Shown here piece by piece: positions 25,099-36,780 of a stretch of 64,000 nt of DNA. The position numbers and the translations under genes are program-made. The first letter of the stretch is position 1, and the number at the start of each line of letters is the position of its first letter. The stretch comes from Lama guanicoe (lineage: Eukaryota): contig MU055083.1 of the NCBI GenBank assembly GCA_013239625.1, forward strand, positions 1,423,819 to 1,487,818, read 5' to 3'. The notes beneath the pieces were generated by a model. The model was given only the letters and a program-made list of their open reading frames with translations. It did no database searches and had not been told where the DNA came from.

Positions 25099-26169
25099 TT
25101 TATGGGGGAGAGGTCTTCCAGAATCCTGGTAGGAGGGGATTTTCTGTTGTTTTTGGCTAACATTTGCTAGGTACCTGCCAGGCATCGATCACATTTTATG
25201 CATTTTCTCATTTAACCCTTGTGATCATCAGTAGGTGCCATTACAGATAAAGAACTCAGGTCCCAGAAGGAGTAAATAATTTGCCCACATTTCAAAAGCT
25301 ACTGAGTGGCAGAGTCAGGACTGGAATCCATGCCTGGGAAACTCCAGAGCATGTAAACTTTGCTGGTACCTACTTGTTCTTCAATCTCTGTGTGTTAGTA
25401 AGTGGTCTGAAATGTTGGACTGAAGGCCCCGCTGCCTGAAATCCTCAAGAATTCCCAGGAAGCAGATGTAACCTCAAGTGGCCAGCGGGGCTTCCATCTG
25501 GGAGAGCCGTGTTCCTGGGGTGGGGAAAAATGAGATGTCTGTACTTATCAGAGTATTCCAGATGACCCCGAGGGACACCCTGTCCAGTTCTCATTAGTAG
25601 AGCTGCCTGTTTACAGGCATGCCGAGATTTTTATTTTTTCCCCAAATTAAAGTATAACGAATTCGCTAAGACTTCATCCCACGTAGCCCTGCCAGTTGGG
25701 TGTTTTGGGGGCAGAGAAAATGAAGAAGTGGGAATCCAGCGGCCTGCCCTAGGGTGAGAAGAGGAGAGAGCAATCTGTGTGCGTCCTCACAGCCGGCAGC
25801 TTTCCCTCGGCTGTGGCCTGTGCTGGGACTGTGGGCCAAAGGAGCCTTGGGATTGCTTTAGACCTGCCTCTGTGCCTTGAGCTGTCCGNNNNNNNNNNNN
25901 NNNNNNNNNNNNNNNNNNNNNNNNNNNNNNNNNNNNNNNNNNNNNNNNNNNNNNNNNNNNNNNNNNNNNNNNNNNNNNNNNNNNNNNNNNNNNNNNNNNN
26001 NNNNNNNNNNNNNNNNNNNNNNNNNNNNGCTTTTCTCTTTTTCAAACTACCAGGGCTCTTTCATTGATTTGACCTCCCAAAGTGAGGCAGACCAGGGCTC
26101 CTCAGTGGGCTACCCGGGGCTCCGAGCTGGCAGAAAGCCAACCCTTGAATCCTGAGATTTACCTCCAGA

Positions 26170-26275
26170 TGTGTGTGCCTCTGTGCTTGTGTGTTTGTGT
26201 TGTGTGTGTGTGTGTGTGTGTGGTGGGAGGGGAATCTGAGCATGTTGGTGTGTTTCTGTGTGTTTTTGTGTCTCT
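26170..26275 (+). repeat. Imperfect (TG)n microsatellite region
   Basis: Read directly; pure tract at ~26201-26222. Shorter (TG)n tracts occur at ~1248, ~16225, ~19437, ~23413 and ~63195. Confidence 0.85.
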
Positions 26276-26499
26276 GTGACTTTTCTCTCCACATGAAGAA
26301 AATGTATGGGGTGGGACGTTGAGGGGAGGAGGGGCTGGGAGGGAAAAGCAAGGGTGGCTCAGGTCCAGAAACCCCCCTTCTCCCTCTGCCAACAGTCCTT
26401 CCCTAGTTGTCTTTTCAGGTGGGGCTTCGTATCCCTCCTCGGGGTCACTTTGGTCTGTTTCTGGATAGGAATGAGCGACTCCTACAGGGAGACCATGTG

Positions 26500-26685
26500 G
26501 TATAGCTGGCACGGGTCTCCTTGAATTCTAAGCTCAGCTCTGCTACTCTCTGACTGTGTGATTTCCCATCCTTTGAGCCTCAGTCTCCCTCTCTGTAAAA
26601 TGTGGATAAGAATACTACCAACTTTCACAGGACGTACAAAGTGGAAGATTCAATGGCATTCAGAAGGTGGCCGGTAATGTTAGCT
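26500..26685 (+). mobile_element. MIR SINE
   Basis: gagcctcagtctccctctctgtaaaatgtggataagaatac. Confidence 0.7.
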
Positions 26686-29600
26686 CAGTTCCTGCCTACC
26701 TAGCCTTTCCCAGGAGCAAGCCCTAAAAGCAGCCCTGGGGCTTGACCCCTGACCCCAGTGAAGAGGCCCCCAGCTGGGAAGGAGGGGCTGTGTTCTTCCT
26801 GAAAGAGTGGGAGGGGGCAGAGGGTGTGGACCTCTCTCTCCCACCCGGAATCNNNNNNNNNNNNNNNNNNNNNNNNNNNNNNNNNNNNNNNNNNNNNNNN
26901 NNNNNNNNNNNNNNNNNNNNNNNNNNNNNNNNNNNNNNNNNNNNNNNNNNNNNNNNNNNNNNNNNNNNNNNNNNNNNNNNNNNNGAAAATATAACTATGG
27001 GGAGGAAAACATTTCACTATCAGGCCTCCGGGGACCCGAGGAAATGTACTGAATGTTTGTCAGAGAACGATGCTGTCCTGACTTCACAGACTTTGCTGAG
27101 GACGGTGGGTGAACAATGGCTGGCACCTGGCTCCAGCCAAGCCAAATGGCCCATGCAAGGGCCAAACTGGTGCTCAAGTTGCCCCAGACTTGGAAGAACC
27201 GGATATGTGTCTAACATTGTGCCTCAGAGCAGGCCCCCCGAGTGGTATGACAACCATCCCACGTGGAGGAGGCCTGCGCTCTGTCCCATGCCAATCCCTC
27301 CACTTGCCTTCTGCCCCAGAGGAGATGCCCGCTGCGGGCTTGCTGTCTGGCAAAGGGCCTGCTTGCTTCACTCCTGGATTCTGGGAAATGGCTAATGGAG
27401 TACATTCCACACTTAATAATAGTGCCCCCTGGAGTTGTGCAATGCTTTGACCCTTTCCAGGACACTCCAGGGAAGGAATTGTCCGCTAGTGATTGGGCAG
27501 GATCAGAGAGAACAGCTGGTGAGTAATGCTGATGCCAAGTCAGGATGCCAGGGAAGGTCCAAGGGATATTCCAGACCCCATCCGCCGGAGCCTGGACAGC
27601 CAAGGACTGGGGAACTGAAATAGATGGAACTGTATTCTGAGAGAGCCTGGGGTCAGAGTGAGGCAGAAGAAGGAATTTTTTTCCAGGGGGTGGGGTGGGG
27701 AGATGCATGGATTTGTCAGTTACTTTCCTTCTCCACGCTCCTCTGGCCACAACAGACTCAGTGCCACCTCCTGTGTCTCTCTTCCACCACCTGCCCTCCC
27801 CAACAAGAGCAACTGCTGCACAAAACCCACAACAGAACAGAAATGCTCTGAGAGGAGTCCCTACTCATCCCTGATGTGTCCTCAACGTGAGTATCTTTAG
27901 ATTCGTGAAATTTCAAGGCTGAAAAAGATCTGCACATTTGGTAGATGTCTTCGTCTGTAAGTTCAGAGAGGAAAAGCGTCTGGCGTGTCGTCACAGAGCG
28001 CCTGACTCGGAGCTAGAACAAGGGCCTCCTAGGAAAGGGTCTAGGTGCTTTTCTGGCTGATTTAGTTTCGTCTGCGATCATCACCTGTATGTGTACAATG
28101 TCCCTTGCACGTCTGTCGAGGGCCGGTGTCTGTTCTAGGGAGAGAGCTTCCCGTGGCCAATTCGAGCACTGTTTCTCCTTTCTCCTAGGGCCTGAGTCAA
28201 GGCACGTGGCATACTGGACAGTCAGGAGTCCTGGGCCCGAGATTTCATTTTACCAAGCCTCAAGCTTCTTGTTTGTTACACGGAGATAAAAGCTCTTGCT
28301 CTGATCACCTCATGGGGTGGTTTGTCAAATTCAGATAGGATGGTGTTCATGCAAGTGTTTTATAAACATATAGGAGATTGCAGTTATCAAAGGCTTGATG
28401 GGGAAAATGGTATGCGCAGAGCGGCCTTATTGGGCACTGGGACAAGATTTCTGCAGGTTTTTTGGGTGCTCAGAGGGTGAAGCTGGGACAGGTGATCTGC
28501 CTGTCAGTCTCCATGGTGCCTGATCACTGGACATGACACTGGACACTCAGATCTAACTGGAGCTGTCTGAAGCACACATCTTCCCTTAGGTCCTTTGTTT
28601 CCTTCAGGGGGCTCAGCCAAAAGCACTGTGGTGGTGGAACTTTTCAGGAAGTCCTAAAGAAGTACATTCAAGGCACTCTCAGGAGACAGACTGAGCCATT
28701 ATAGCCTCAGGCAGGCAGACGCATGAAAAGGCCCTCAAGTTGGTTTCTTTGTGGAGAAATTAAGCAAATTATGAGAATTACCCTGATTTTGAGTGATCTC
28801 CTCATCCATTTATCACCCATGGAACAGGTATTTGTGCCAGGAGCTGTGTTGGGGAGATGCTGATGGAAAATCAGGCAGTTGCTTTTGACGCAGAGCATCT
28901 GATCCAGTCTCGTGTACACCTGGTACACAACTTTCTTTAGTCTGGATCTAATATCAGTCCCTTCTGTGGCAAAATAACAGTGCAGTGATTGACAGAACAA
29001 GGATTATTATTATTACTACTATTAGTAGCAGTAGTATTGACAGAACGAGAACATTATGCAAAGGTGAGCACGCTGTATGCTACTTGAAGAGGAAGTGCTT
29101 TTTCACAGCCAAGGAATCATTGCAAAGATCTAACTGACTTGACAGACAGTATTAGGCAAGAGACACTTCCTTCTGAGTGTTTTTCCCCCGCCTGACAGTC
29201 ACTGTCCATCAATAAGAAACTCCTGGGTGTAAGCTTGCCTAATTTTCCTAACATGATTTTTTTAAATTGTTATGGAGAAGAAGGAATTATTTCCGCTTGG
29301 CAGATAGAAATACTGGATATTGCTTGGCATACCTTATCAAAAGGGCAATGAAGGCACACTTCTTACTTAGCAGCTTGAATTTGAAAGGCCTGCTCTTACT
29401 CCATACCCCATTCTGTCCCTCCCCCAACACCTCCCCAGGAGTGTTCATAGAAGAAAGGGGATATTAAAGACCAATGTCATCTGTTTGGTTTGAAAAAGAA
29501 GGTAAGCTTTTATTTAAAGACAGAATAAGGTGAAGAAGATAATGGTTTGCTTAGAAAGATGACAATTTACATAGGGAAAGCAGCACATTTGGTCAGGACG

Positions 29601-30237
29601 ACAAAACAGTCTTCTGAGGCTGTTAGGAAAGCTGACTACAAACACACCAATAAAGAGTTGAGTGTGTGTGTGTGTATTGAAAAGAATTCTGTAAAACAGC
29701 ATAAGACAAATATATGGTCCAAAGCAGACTATTTCCTGCTCTTGGAATTCAGAAGAACCTTTGTACAAGTTCCTGGGATTGAAGTCATCTCTTTGTAGTG
29801 TTCTCAAACACAGAGGAGATCTCAGATCTCAACCAGAAGCAGGAGGGGTAAAAGAAGAATTTTGTGGGTGAGGAGGTAAAAGGATAGAGAAATAGAGATA
29901 GGACAGCACATGCAGAATTGCATTGAAGACATTCAAACGTGCACGCGGTGGAGGAGGGGTAAGATTAGGATGTCCAAGTCCCTGGGTGCAGTTTGGTGAG
30001 AATATTTGCTGTGGTAGCCTGCTGCCATATTTTCAGTACTTGGCATCAGCCAACTTTGCAAGAGAAGTAACTCAAATGCTATCGATCAATCAAGGGCCAG
30101 AATTTTTTGATAGTTGTTAAAAAGATGCCCTCAATTATAACTCTTTTCAAAGTTTTAGTGAGAAGATTTTAAAAGCTCAGGCTGAAAAATGATGGTCTTC
30201 ATTGAGACTTAGAAAAAGGATCAGGTAAGCCAAGTAC

Positions 30238-30258
30238 TGACAATTCTATTAGTTTATT
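30238..30258 (-). terminator. Candidate polyadenylation signal AATAAA (30258-30253) with CA cleavage site at ~30239-30238
   Basis: The + strand reads tttatt at 30253-30258. On the minus strand a CA follows ~14 nt downstream, then a U-rich tract (ctttttct). An alternative ATTAAA lies at 30406-30401. Confidence 0.55.
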
Positions 30259-33200
30259 GTTGAATTGACATTTCTCTGCACTGAAGACAAGGGCTTAGAA
30301 ATTGTCCTTTAAACAATGAAAGATCTTGGATCTTTTGGATTCTTCACCCTTGAACTAGATTTCAATGACATCAAGTTAGATATAAAGTATATTAGTTCTA
30401 TTTAATGCTTATGAAACAGAGTCATTCCCTCTGATAGTTAAGATTTCTTCTGCTGACAATTTTTTCTTTCAAATACAATTAGGCAGGTAGGAAATTATCA
30501 AAAATACTTGCCATTAGAAAAATTATCTTATTTCTTGTTAACCCCTGACCTCTTATAAATTGGTAGGCTCAAGAGGCATGCATTTTACCAGTCTTGTTTT
30601 AGATTGAAGGTACTGGCCGTTTACAATATCCATTTAAAATGTTCAAATAGTTTGCAAAAGTACATACTACAAAATAGTATCGTTTCAAGATTGGAGGTCA
30701 CATTTAACATACCATACGTGATTCTTCTGTACATTTACAGAGGTTTAAAGCACACAAAATTGTGCAGATAACGTACCGAAGTCTAAACTTACATACACTC
30801 AGTTGCATACATAGCAACAAGAAACAATAAATTCTGAACAAAATAACAACCAATAATCAGCCGAATTACTATGTACACATTAGGCAGGAAGCAATTAAAC
30901 ACTGCCTAATAGAATGTCACTTAAATTACTTTTTCTATAATAAATCTGTACTCCCCCCCGCCCCCAGCCCCACACTTCTTTCCATTGCAAACATTAAAGT
31001 GATGCTGTGACCACATACACAGGAATCCCCAAACATCAGCTTTATCTCGGGGCAAGAAGGGGTACAGCAACTCAGAGTGACTTAATACAACAATTTGCCA
31101 GACTTGGTTTTTATAAATCAGCTGCTGGCTGGTGGTTACTGTGAAAGCATGTTCAGACTTTCATGCCATGGACTGAAGGAAGAGGAGCAAAGAGCATTAA
31201 CTAATAGCTTCTTAACATTTGCCACTAAGTGGCTTCTTCTAAAATTAAAAAAAAAAAGTATATATCTGGAGAGGAACGATCCTAGGATAATAATGAAAAC
31301 AACAAATCTACTTCCTTTATCCGAACAGAATATCGTCACAATCTACCTGACAGTTTAAGTAAAACCAACTGTCCTTTTGAATAACCATTTTACAAATTCA
31401 TTACTAATGGAAATAGAAGAAATAATTTAAAAAACCCCAAATATAACTACTGTGTGCAGATGTGGTGGAAAAACCAGAGANNNNNNNNNNNNNNNNNNNN
31501 NNNNNNNNNNNNNNNNNNNNNNNNNNNNNNNNNNNNNNNNNNNNNNNNNNNNNNNNNNNNNNNNNNNNNNNNNNNNNNNNNNNNNNNNNNNNNNNNNNNN
31601 NNNNNNNNNNNNNNNNNNNNGTTTTAGAGACACTACCCTTGTTGTTTGTAAGGCCGCATTAAAGTTTCGCTTAACAGTCATAAGCCGTGGGTTTGAACAT
31701 CTTAGGAGAGGTGACCAGCAAAGAAACAAGTTTTTTCCTTGTTCGCCCTACTACCTGTGACGAGGTATCATTGCTTTCCAAATAGCTCCTTTAAAAATTT
31801 GCTTAAAGGTATGACCAGGGAAAAAAAAAAGTTCAGATTTGCTTAATTGAATCATCTGGAAAAATATTTAGACTTTACAAAGTGACAATGCAGCACTTTC
31901 AATTCTCTGAGAGTGCTCTCTTGTTAATCTGACTACCCCTTCTAATTGGTATGTTATAGTTTAATACACAAATATACCAAGAGATGGACTCTCTGCTGTA
32001 GCTCAGTACTTGCAAATTTGAGATAGCCATAGAAGGATAGTATCATCTTTCCAAAAAGGATCAGTTTTAAGGAGCCAGTGAATTCTGTGTGCCGTTGACA
32101 TAACCAGGGAACTGAAATGCACTGCAAACCCCCTAACAGCTTGAGCTGATAGTTCTCCAAGAGAAAGTCAGTACATCTCGGGTGGAGCATGAAGAACGAG
32201 AAGAGCCCAAGGAGTTGGGGTTTTCTGGTATTGCCTACTTGTCTGAAATTGTTGTCTTGGAGGGAAGAGCTCAACATTCACCAGGGCGCACATTCATGTG
32301 GCAGGATAACAATGATCGAGGGGCCAGTCCTCTTTTCCACTCGTCTGGCATGATCTCCTGGCAAGGATAGGGTAGGTGTTTGCCAGGTGGCTCCTGGACA
32401 AGGTCTTTTTAGGGGAGGACAACAAGGCTTCAGTCAGTGCTTTTCATAAAGTGCTTTGGGATCCTTCAGGAATGGGGGCTGGAGGAATATTATTACTGAC
32501 TGGCTTCAACTTTCAAACCAAATGGAACTATTTTCCCCAGTGAGTTATTGCTTTGAACATTAATGAATGTTCTTAAAATGGAATGGGTCTTGTCTTTAAG
32601 TTACTGCTTCTTAAAACACCCACTCCCAGGAGTGAATGTTTTTGATTACTGTCTCCCAGGTACCCTCACCAAGGAAGAGGATGTCATAGCCTTGTAAATG
32701 GTTGACAAGCACATACATTGGTGACCTGCATTTTCCAGGCTATCCTCTTTTATGAAAAGAGAAAAATCAAATATGTCCAGCCCAACATGTACTATGTTGG
32801 CCTGGTGAACGAGACAGGCTCCTGCCTCTTCTAAGACATTGATGGGAAGCTGTATGATGATGATGGCTACACTCATGTCAGACTGTGAGCTCCCTGTGGC
32901 CCAGGAATGTTTCATACTTGATTCTTTGTTCTGTGTGGGACTTAGAATAGAGACACATATGGGAGGATCTCTGTCAGTGATTTTTGAGGGTTTCACAAAT
33001 GACAAAGGCTGGACAGTACACGTGAGACTTAAGCATGTTAGAAACATGGTGGAAAAGAAGACCTGAAACAGGCTCCCAGGCTGGACTTAAAAAGAATGAA
33101 AGACAAAAGTCCATCATATCCAAAACAAAGCCAAACCAATAAGACAAAGCAAAACAAACAAATGGACAAGAATCCTCAGACTTTGTAAAGTCTATATAAT

Positions 33201-34109
33201 GAGAAGACTGGACAAATGAATAAAGGAATGTGAATTAGAGAACACAAGTTATCTCTCAGAAGAATGTCTTAATTTAAAATAGGCTCACAAGAAGTTGCAA
33301 AGTGGAGGTATGGATGGAGGGAACCTCCTAGAACAGATAGCTAATTACTGATGATATAAAATCTACTTTTCTAAAAGGATATTGCTTGGAAAACGCATTT
33401 TTCAAACTGATTAAGTATGCTCATTGAAATCTAAGGTTCATTATTCATTTCATGGGCATACATCTCTTTTCCTCATAGAAGGTAAAAAAATTACCCAATG
33501 TCCCTAATATAAGTTAGAGGGTTTGAATTTAAGGCCATTTTACCTCATGAGTCATTATTTGGTCCAGTGTGCCAAAACATGCTGACCAAATGAGGGGCCA
33601 GAAAGGTGGGTCAGTCTGCTTTTGCTGTCTGTTGAATGCCTCCTGTCTAATTCACAGTCACAAACTTCCTTCCATGTCACGAGAAAGGTCCTGATCAGGG
33701 AATTGCTTGGTTTCTGAGTCCTTGACAATTCCAGCATCTCATCTCACAAACTCATTCAACGTATATAATCTGTCTTACAATTAGAAATAAGTAGAAACTG
33801 AGGGCAGATAACTCTGTGGCATTTTTGTTTTTAAATGGGAGTCATATGGTAAGCAATTTTAAATGACATTTCTCCCAAATTAGGCTTTTAGTTCATTATA
33901 ATCAATTAATTAGCTTAGCTACCCGTTATATGAAATCTGTATTTCCTAGCAACAAGGAGCTCTGTGATATGGGAAATCTGTTAGGTAAAAGTTGAGAAAA
34001 AGAGTTGAATTTGGCATTAGAAGCAGATAGATGATCTGTAAACTAGCCGAGTAGCCTACAGACAATGAAAAGTTGAGTATGTACCAATTCTCAATGGAAA
34101 CACTGTGAT

Positions 34110-34260
34110 CAAGGGAGTGGTTCTGGGTTCTGACCCTAACTCTGAGACTAAACTAGCTCCATGACTTTGAGTTAGTTGCTGAACCTCTCTGGGCCTTGAC
34201 TGCCTTACCTGTAAATGCAAGGACTTAGACTAATTTTATCGTCCCTTCTAGGTCTAATAC
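34110..34260 (+). mobile_element. MIR/MIR3 fragment within the predicted 3'UTR
   Basis: gaacctctctgggcctt...cctgtaaatgcaagg...cccttctaggtcta. Confidence 0.55.
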
Positions 34261-35949
34261 TCCATACACATAGAATTAACTCAGAACAGAAGAAAACTGC
34301 GTTTAAAAATCCTCCCAGGCCTGGAAAAGGAGCTGCAGTGATTCTGATCAAGATTCTTTGGGGGTGGCGGCAAGGGGGTTGGTGTTCATTGACAATAAAA
34401 TCTCTTAAAAAAATAAAGACTGAGCTCTGGGCTTTAGTTTTCTAATGACCATAGGCCATGGGCCAAATCTGTACCTTTCCACCAGGGTAATTATTTATGT
34501 TTAAATCAAATGTTTTAAAAATGGAAGGGATCGGAATAACATTGTGAACAGGGGACTTTGTATGAACTCCCATGAGGCGGAATGGTGGAACTGTGAGGAC
34601 AGGGGTAGGGCCATAAAGAGCAATATTTAACCAAAATGTCTGTGAAGCAGAAAAGGACCATTTAGAATATCAGTGAACTGAATGGGTCTTGGCTCCAGGA
34701 AAGGAGAGGGGGCTCGTGCCTTTTTTGAATATGCGGTGTGATTCCTCTTTGAGTTGGGTTTCTTGTTTGTGAGAAAGGCAGGTGGGAGGCAATGAGACCA
34801 TAGCAAGATTTTTCAGGTGTCTTTGAGCACAGCCTTGGAACCACTGGTAGGGCCTTCTAAGGAGGCCAGTGGGTCAGCTGATCTAGGGGCAAAACTGACT
34901 TTGGAAGGGTAGATTGAAAAGGGAAGGCAGCAACCCATGCTCTGGACAATGTCTCAGGTCCTGTGATGTGGGGGTGAGTAGTTGTGCTTATATCACTATA
35001 AAAACTCTGTCCCTGCCTGGCTATATTTGAAGGGCACTTTCTTGTTCTGTAACAAATCTATCACCTAAGAATCCAGAGCAGATCCATGATCATTTTCAGA
35101 GACACAACTCTTGTGGATTTACTTATTTTAGGATTGGAAAGGAAACACATTTTGGGGCATGTCTCTCTCCCTCCCCTTGTCTATAATCCAGGCTTTCACT
35201 TCACTCAGCCACCTCCTTGCACCCTGGAATAATATATGGCCCATTTTCATGCTTGAATGGGAGCTGAGTGAACAATCTTCGTAAGACAGAGCTAGAAGAG
35301 AAGCCTCCTCTACTTTTGTTTCTAGAGGTTTCCAGACAGCACTAATTGAAGGCCTGACCAAGTCCTATTTACTCAGATCAGTGCTGATGGATAAACTGGA
35401 TTTGGTGAGCTGCTGAGAACGCTGCTCTTTGGAATGACCTGGTTCAGCTGACAGGGAACCCAGGACAAGTCCACTTGACCCTGTTCCCTAGAGATGCAAC
35501 CTGGGCTGCTATCCCCCAAACTCTTCTAAAGGTTGGGAATGGAGGAAAAAATATCTTATTTCATCTTACTGTCATCTATGGAACTCCTCCCCATCAATCA
35601 TGAAATTCATGGAAAAGCCCTAAGTCAGGGGTCAGATTACACAGCCAGCTGCAGAACTGAGGGTGGCTCTTGGGGTTGCCCTACCTCAGTCACAGGTGCC
35701 ACCAACAGGGTGGCATGTTTGAACCCTTGCGTCCAGGACTCCATGTTGTCACAAAAGCCCTTCTAAGTACACCCTTTATAGGCTGAACTCGAAGTGACAC
35801 TGGCAACTCGCCTCCACTCCAACTCTGCTCCAAAAAAGAGGGCCCTGAACCGACAACCTTTGGGTTTTTAACATTCAAACCATTTGAAAATGGATGGGGA
35901 CACGGTAGGGGTAGGCTGGGAGCAGGGCGATGGAAAATGCAGGGACTTG

Positions 35950-36770
35950 CGGTGGACCGGTGGACAGTTGGTCGCGGGCCTCCCTAAAGCACGCTGCTGA
36001 GTATTTCTGACACCGGGGAGGAGGTCGGGCCATCTGGGCTCATCTCTGGGCCGCGGGGGCTGGGCAGGCCAGAGTGGCCTCTGGCCGGCGGGCTCAAGGC
36101 CGCCCAGGGCTTGGCATCCACCAGGGCCGCGGGGTAGGGCTCCACAGAGATGCGGCGCACCGCAGGCCCCGGGTCCTGGAGGCTGCCCTTCGGCTCCTCA
36201 GGGAGACTGGTGGCATGGGCCAGAGCCAAGCCCCGGGGCCCCTCGGAGGCAGGCCCCAGCTGCTCGGCCGCCCCCGGCTCCTGGGCCAGGCCGCAGGCCC
36301 GGGACAGGTGTTGCGTGTAAACGCCCTCAGACAGCGACAGCGAGTGCGCCTCGCCGCGCATGCGCAGCCAGCGGTGGTGTCGGCTGAAGCCGCCGTAGTG
36401 CGGGTGCTTGGCCGGCTTCCGCTTTCCCAGGAAGCCCAGCGGCGGCCGCGCGCCCGGCACCATCTTGGCGTGGTTCTTGGGCGGGAGGCCCGTGAGCGTC
36501 AGGCCGCGTAGGAGCTCGGCGCACGAGTGGTCGGCCTGTGGCGCCGGGATGCGACCCTGGGCGCCCTGGCCCGGCCCGGACGGAGGCTTCATGTCGTGCA
36601 CTTGCAGGACGTCGGGGGCGCTGCCGCTCAGGCCGCTTCGGGCCTGCTGGGCGATGTCGCGCGACGACAGGTAGACCAGGTCCAGGTCTCGAGGGCTCAG
36701 AGCGTCACTGGAGTCGTAGTCGCTGTCGGTGGGGAGGAAGACTTCCGAGCAGGCTTCTTCGTCTGAGCAC
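35950..36770. promoter_or_regulatory. Intragenic CpG island over the ANKFN1 terminal exon
   Basis: Very high G+C, with about 8 CpG per 60 nt at 36301-36420, against CpG-depleted flanks. Confidence 0.85.
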
Positions 36771-36780
36771 GGCTGTGAAT
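35984..36780 (-). CDS. ANKFN1: ANKFN1 terminal coding exon (long isoform C-terminus, (D)SQPCSDEEACSEVFLPT...SEILSSVL*)
   Basis: Translation matches the recalled C-terminal region of mammalian ANKFN1 (SDYDSSDALSPRDLDLVYLSS, GSAPDVLQVHD, GGFSRHHRWLR, SEILSS.L). Acceptor ...tctctggctttgcag|AT at 36781/36780, branch point CTAAC at 36805-36801, TAG stop at 35986-35984. Length 797 nt = 2 + 265 codons, fitting a phase-1 intron. Confidence 0.95.

Larger units (their letters stand above)
30238..35983 (-). other. ANKFN1: Predicted long 3'UTR of ANKFN1 (~5.7 kb)
   Basis: Follows the TAG stop, is largely repeat-poor, and has an AU-rich distal part with several UGUA motifs (30600-30950). It ends at an AATAAA. 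The end point is inferred. Confidence 0.6.

Noticed and set aside
1-30200. NOG coding sequence or another gene in the intergenic part
   Set aside because: No CpG-rich single-exon ORF or noggin peptide is present; NOG is only expected beyond position 1 by synteny.
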